NCBI GenBank assembly: GCA_009788055.1
Contig: WQSG01000001.1
Coordinates: 461-64,460, forward strand
DNA from: Defluviitaleaceae bacterium
Lineage (GTDB): Bacteria > Bacillota > Clostridia > Lachnospirales > WQUN01
DNA: 64,000 nucleotides
Direction: 5' to 3'
A model generated the notes under the pieces. The model was not told the DNA's origin. It ran no database searches and was given only the letters and a program-made list of their open reading frames with translations. Numbering within the stretch: position 1 is the stretch's first letter; each line of letters starts with the position of its first letter. Shown piece after piece: positions 59,935 to 64,000 of the stretch. The translations under genes and the position numbers were made by a program.

Positions 59935-61607
59935 ACTTCGACAAGAATTGGAAAAATCATTGGGTTGCGTTTTGTGGATTGCCAAATGTATTCGCGAAGG
60001 CACTCTTTTACGCGGTTGCGGATGTATTGCCTGTCGGAGGTATTTTTTTGTTCGAGGTCGTGGAGGGTGTCGGCGACAACGGATTTCGCGCCGTCGATGA
60101 GGTCGTCGGATTCGCGTACGAAAACGAAACCGCGGGAAATTATGTCGGGGCCGGAAATCACTTGGCAGTAACCGTCTGCCATGGAAATACCTACGGCGGC
60201 AATGATTAAGCCGTCTTCGGAAAGATGCTTGCGGTCGCGCAGAACCACGTTGCCGACGTCGCCAACGCCAAGCCCGTCTACGAGCAACTGCCCGGAAGGA
60301 ACTGTTCCGTTCATTTTCGCGTCGTTGGAGGAGATTTCAAGCACTTCGCCGATATCGGCAATGAAGATGTTTTCCTTTTGCATTCCCATGGAAATCGCGA
60401 GGTCTTTGTGATGTTTAAGATGGCGGAATTCGCCGTGAATGGGCATGAAATAATCGGGCTTAACAAGCGCGTGAACCATTTTTAGCTCTTCCTGCTTGGC
60501 GTGACCCGAGACGTGAACGTCCATCAGACCTTCGTAAATTACGTCTGCGCCTTGCTCCATCAGGTTGTTGATTACGCGGGAAACAAGTTTTTCGTTGCCC
60601 GGAATTGGTGACGCAGAGATGATTACCTTGTCGCTTTGCGAGATGGTAATTTGTCTGTGGTCGTTTGCCGCCATCCGCGAAAGTGCCGCCATTGGCTCGC
60701 CTTGGCTGCCCGTTGTGATGATTACAAGCTGGTTTGGCGTGTAATTTTTCAGTTCGGAAACTTCGATTACAAGACCCTTGGGCGCGTTAATGTAGCCCAG
60801 TTCTGTGGCGGTTTTTACGGCGTTTACCATGCTCCGCCCCATGAAAAGCACTTTTCGTCTGTGTTCCACGGCAGAATTTAAAACCTGCTGAATGCGGTCT
60901 ATGTGTGACGAGAACATTGCAACAATCAGACGTTGCGTGGGCGATTCTTCAAACACGCGGCGGAACATATCGCCAACCGTGCGCTCACTTAATGTGTAGC
61001 CCGGATAAAGCACGTTTGTACTTTCGCAAAGCAATAATTTTACGCCCTTGCGCCCCAGTTCCCCGAAACGTTGCAAATCCATGGTTTCGCCTTGGATTGG
61101 CGTAAAGTCTACCTTAAAGTCGCCTGAATGTATCACAACCCCAACGGGCGTTGTTATTGCGAACGCCGCCGCATCTGCGATGGAGTGGTTTATGCGCAAA
61201 AATTCCACCTTGAAACACCCCGCCGAAACCGACGCACCATGAAGCACGGGAGTCATTTCGGTGCGGTTAAGAAGCCCGTGTTCGCGCAGTTTGTTGCCAA
61301 CCAGCCCAAGGGTAAGTTTTGTCCCGTACAAATGCACTTTTACTTGGCGCAAAAAATACGGCACGCTTCCAATATGGTCTTCGTGGGCGTGGGTAAGAAA
61401 CAGCCCGCGGATTTTGTCCTTGTTCTCTTGCAGGTAGGTGAAATCGGGGATAACAAGGTCGATACCCAGCATTTCGTCTTGCGGGAAAGCAACGCCGCAA
61501 TCTATGACAATTATATCGTTGCCGTACTCCAGTACGGTCATGTTTTTTCCAACCTCGCCGTGTCCGCCGAGTGAAAAAACTTTTAGTTTATTTTTTTTTG
61601 CAGGCAA
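59931..61607 (-). CDS. rnj: ribonuclease J
   Basis: Metallo-beta-lactamase/beta-CASP motifs: LGGHGEVGKNM, THAHEDHIG and a C-terminal domain; 558 aa. Confidence 0.9.
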   Translation of the reverse strand: MPAKKNKLKVFSLGGHGEVGKNMTVLEYGNDIIVIDCGVAFPQDEMLGIDLVIPDFTYLQENKDKIRGLFLTHAHEDHIGSVPYFLRQVKVHLYGTKLTLGLVGNKLREHGLLNRTEMTPVLHGASVSAGCFKVEFLRINHSIADAAAFAITTPVGVVIHSGDFKVDFTPIQGETMDLQRFGELGRKGVKLLLCESTNVLYPGYTLSERTVGDMFRRVFEESPTQRLIVAMFSSHIDRIQQVLNSAVEHRRKVLFMGRSMVNAVKTATELGYINAPKGLVIEVSELKNYTPNQLVIITTGSQGEPMAALSRMAANDHRQITISQSDKVIISASPIPGNEKLVSRVINNLMEQGADVIYEGLMDVHVSGHAKQEELKMVHALVKPDYFMPIHGEFRHLKHHKDLAISMGMQKENIFIADIGEVLEISSNDAKMNGTVPSGQLLVDGLGVGDVGNVVLRDRKHLSEDGLIIAAVGISMADGYCQVISGPDIISRGFVFVRESDDLIDGAKSVVADTLHDLEQKNTSDRQYIRNRVKECLREYIWQSTKRNPMIFPILVEV

Positions 61608-61609
61608 AA

Positions 61610-62353
61610 TTATTCTCCTTCTACTTCTAAATCTAGTCCAAGTTCTTCGCAGTCGTCTTTGAACATAGCGAAAATATTTTTAAAATCCTTGTGGTCGCGG
61701 TCAATCGTTTCCAAAATAACTTCTTCGGGATTTAATTCGTGCGGCGAACATTTGAAAAGCACGGCTTCGCTTTCGTCTTCCGTTACCGCAAGCAAATAAA
61801 CGCCGTTTTCGTCCTCTTGGCTTGCCACGATGTTTATCGGAATTTTTTGGCCGTCTTCGCTTTCAATATACAGCCCGTCGTCGTCAAAATTTTCAAAATC
61901 ATTTGCGTCTGTCGATTGCAACATATCGTTCTCCTTTCTATTCAGATAGTCAAGATATCCTTGCAGAATATAAACCGCCGCCATTTTGTCAACATTCTTT
62001 TTGTAATTTTTCTGCTTGCCGTCAAAAACGCGCAAAACAGCAAGCGTACTTAAACGCTCGTCCCACAAAATAACATTAACATTTTTAAAATACCGCAAAA
62101 GTTTTTCCTTGAAAGCCAGCGTTTCTGCGCAACGCGCCGAATCTTCGCCGTCCATATTCTTTGGAAAACCAAGCACGATATCTTTAATCTCATATTCGCG
62201 GAGTATAGTTTTAAGTTCTTTTAGACATGGCCGCAACGCCTCGGGGTCTTTGCGAAACAGGGTTTTAACCCCCGTTGCAACACGCCCGTTGTGCGACACC
62301 GCCACACCAATTGTTTTTTCGCCGTAATCCAGTCCGATGAACTTTTTTTGCAT
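61610..62353 (-). CDS. ruvX: Holliday-junction resolvase-like RuvX (YqgF) fused in-frame to a DUF1292-like acidic domain
   Basis: Residues 1-140 are RuvX (IGLDYGEKTIGVAVS..LWDERLST). Residues 144-247 (MLQSTDANDFENFDDDGLYIESEDGQKIP..) resemble the small DUF1292/YrzB proteins normally encoded as a separate downstream gene. Confidence 0.8.
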   Translation of the reverse strand: MQKKFIGLDYGEKTIGVAVSHNGRVATGVKTLFRKDPEALRPCLKELKTILREYEIKDIVLGFPKNMDGEDSARCAETLAFKEKLLRYFKNVNVILWDERLSTLAVLRVFDGKQKNYKKNVDKMAAVYILQGYLDYLNRKENDMLQSTDANDFENFDDDGLYIESEDGQKIPINIVASQEDENGVYLLAVTEDESEAVLFKCSPHELNPEEVILETIDRDHKDFKNIFAMFKDDCEELGLDLEVEGE

Positions 62354-62355
62354 AC

Positions 62356-62604
62356 TTACAGTACATCACGCAGAAACTCGCGAACCATCTCTTCAAGAAG
62401 TTCGTCCCGCTCAAGCCTGCCGATTAGGGCGCGGGCGTTCCTGTGGCTTGTGATGTATGTAGGGTCGCCCGAGAGAACGTACCCTACAATTTGTGTTATC
62501 GGATTGTAGCCTTTTTCTTTTAGCGCGGTGTAAACCAGTTCAAGGTTTGCGCGTACTTCGTCCTGCGCGACGCGCTGATATGGGCTGATTTTTTGTGTTT
62601 CCAT
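62356..62604 (-). CDS. ireB: IreB-family (UPF0297/YrzL) regulatory phosphoprotein
   Basis: [41 protein letters not shown] is highly characteristic; 82 aa. Confidence 0.8.
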   Translation of the reverse strand: METQKISPYQRVAQDEVRANLELVYTALKEKGYNPITQIVGYVLSGDPTYITSHRNARALIGRLERDELLEEMVREFLRDVL

Positions 62605-62649
62605 TGGATATTCTCCTTGTCTTTTTATTAGTGTCTTGAAAGTACCAAG

Positions 62650-63201
62650 TCAACATGATTTATGCTCCAGTGGATAAGGTGTGAGGCTCCCCCCGCTTAC
62701 CTCGTGCCAATAGCCGGTGAGTTTTTCCCCGTGAGGGTCGAAATGACTTGTGAAAATATATTGAATTTCGCCGCTGTCCTGCGGGTGTTTATCGAAGTTT
62801 ACGGCGACTTGCTGTGCATTCATTTCAGGGGAATAACCAAGAATTTCAAACCGTCCGCGGTCGTGGGCGTGTCTTCCCGTAATCAAACCCGCCGCGCCGT
62901 CGTAAAATCGTACATACATACCGTTTGAAAACGACAAAACTTTTCGCGCTTCACCTGTGATGTTTTCAGGCAAGTTTGTCACACTTATCGGCTCGCCCAG
63001 CGCGGCGGTTACGTCTTCCACTCTGTCGCCCAAGGAAATTACAACATCTTGCGCCATATCGCGAATGGAAGTGAAATCCAATCGGTCGGATTGTGCCGCC
63101 AAAATGCGGGCGGCTTCGGCTCTGTCTTCGTAGGAAATTTCCGCTGCGCCGCTTGCGCAACCGACCAGCAATAACGCCACAAGACACAAGACTTTTTTCA
63201 C
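62650..63201 (-). CDS. hypothetical lipoprotein
   Basis: GTG at 63201 lies 9 nt after GGGGGA and forms a GTGA overlap with the upstream gene stop. Lipobox VKKVLCLVALLLVGCASG. Confidence 0.55.
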   Translation of the reverse strand: MKKVLCLVALLLVGCASGAAEISYEDRAEAARILAAQSDRLDFTSIRDMAQDVVISLGDRVEDVTAALGEPISVTNLPENITGEARKVLSFSNGMYVRFYDGAAGLITGRHAHDRGRFEILGYSPEMNAQQVAVNFDKHPQDSGEIQYIFTSHFDPHGEKLTGYWHEVSGGSLTPYPLEHKSC

Positions 63202-64000
63202 GTTGAAATTTCCCCCTTTAAAAGGTTTTCCGTACAAGATATGATTTTTACTTTTTGTATCGTATTTCTTATATCGAAAGCGGACGGCGCGTGAACGGTG
63301 CAGTAATTTTGGCTGTTGCCCTCAAACATTCCGTGTTGTTTTTCCTTTTCAAACAGTACGTGCAGTTCCTTGCCAACCTGTTTGCATAAAAAATTTTTTT
63401 GAAGTTGCGAAACCGTTTCGCGCATGATTTTGCCGCGTTCGTGCTTTATATTTTGCGGGATTTGCGCGGGGAAAGTTGCCGCAGGTGTGCCCTCTCGCGG
63501 CGAAAACTCGAAAACGTGTACCTGCGAAAATTCCATTTCGCGCACAAAGTCTAAACTTTGTGTAAAATCGGAATCCGTTTCGCCCGGGAAGCCTACGATT
63601 ATATCTGTGGTGAGGACGGCGGTCGGGCGGATTTTTCGCAAAGCATCGGCGGCATTTTTGTATCGCGCCGCAGTATATCTTCTGTTCATTTTTTTCAGCG
63701 TGGTATCGCAACCGCTTTGCAACGACAGGTGGAAATGTTCGCAAAGCACGGGTGACGCGGCAACCGCGTCCAAAAAATCTTCATCCACCGCGCATGGGTC
63801 TATACTGCTTAATCGCAGACGTTTAAGCCCGTCAAGTGCAGAAATTTTGCGCACAACATGGGCAAGCCCTTCTTTCAAAAAACCACTTGTTGTATCGTTT
63901 CCATAGGCGGCAACTTGTATACCGGTAAGCACAATTTCAAGCGCACCCGTTTTAATGCGCGTTTCCGCTTCGGCAATGATTTCCGAAAGCGGGCGGCTTT
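63198..64000 (-). CDS. mtaB: radical-SAM tRNA methylthiotransferase (MtaB/MiaB family), N-terminus outside window
   Basis: The frame is open to the window edge (..RPLSEIIAEAETRIKTGALEIVLTGIQV..). HLSLQSGCDTTLKKMNRRY, IVGFPGETDSDF, and a C-terminal TRAM domain. Confidence 0.7.
   Translation of the reverse strand, partial: SRPLSEIIAEAETRIKTGALEIVLTGIQVAAYGNDTTSGFLKEGLAHVVRKISALDGLKRLRLSSIDPCAVDEDFLDAVAASPVLCEHFHLSLQSGCDTTLKKMNRRYTAARYKNAADALRKIRPTAVLTTDIIVGFPGETDSDFTQSLDFVREMEFSQVHVFEFSPREGTPAATFPAQIPQNIKHERGKIMRETVSQLQKNFLCKQVGKELHVLFEKEKQHGMFEGNSQNYCTVHAPSAFDIRNTIQKVKIISCTENLLKGEIST

Overview
This is a 64-kb chromosomal window from a spore-forming Clostridia genome with about 50% GC. The cohesin/dockerin gene content looks Oscillospiraceae/Ruminococcaceae-like, but that taxon is only a guess. 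I can support about 65 protein genes and 2 tRNAs. I saw no rRNA, CRISPR array, transposase, integrase or phage genes.

Core blocks: trpF-trpB-trpA; trmB; alaS; rimP-nusA-ylxR-infB-rbfA; asnS; rpmG-secE-nusG-rplK-rplA; and RNase J-ruvX-ireB-mtaB.

Accessory and regulatory blocks: a 1741-aa secreted beta-helix protein with cohesin-like and dockerin modules; two ECF sigma/anti-sigma pairs; an OmpR-type two-component system; a hybrid histidine kinase phosphorelay; an NfeD-flotillin pair; ArsR-like and MerR-type regulators; BrnT/BrnA and a PIN toxin fragment; a GerA-type germinant receptor operon; and a lone uxuA.

Strongest non-genic signals:
1. A family of highly structured 160-210 bp MITE-like repeats occurs at six intergenic loci, plus a half copy carried in-frame inside the germinant receptor permease gene. 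Stems are kept while their sequences are swapped between copies, each copy carries an internal terminator-like hairpin, and one central core is inverted between two copies.
2. A 64-nt module that is 61/64 identical and reads as a sigma-A promoter on the minus strand sits in front of two minus-strand operons of uncharacterised genes. These are a TM protein / Sel1-repeat protein / 399-aa protein operon, and a 911-aa protein / PAS-GGDEF / small protein / retropepsin-like protease / scpB operon. A two-gene plus-strand cassette appears wedged between them.

These two operons are my best candidate for an undescribed functional module, but I cannot assign a function from sequence alone.
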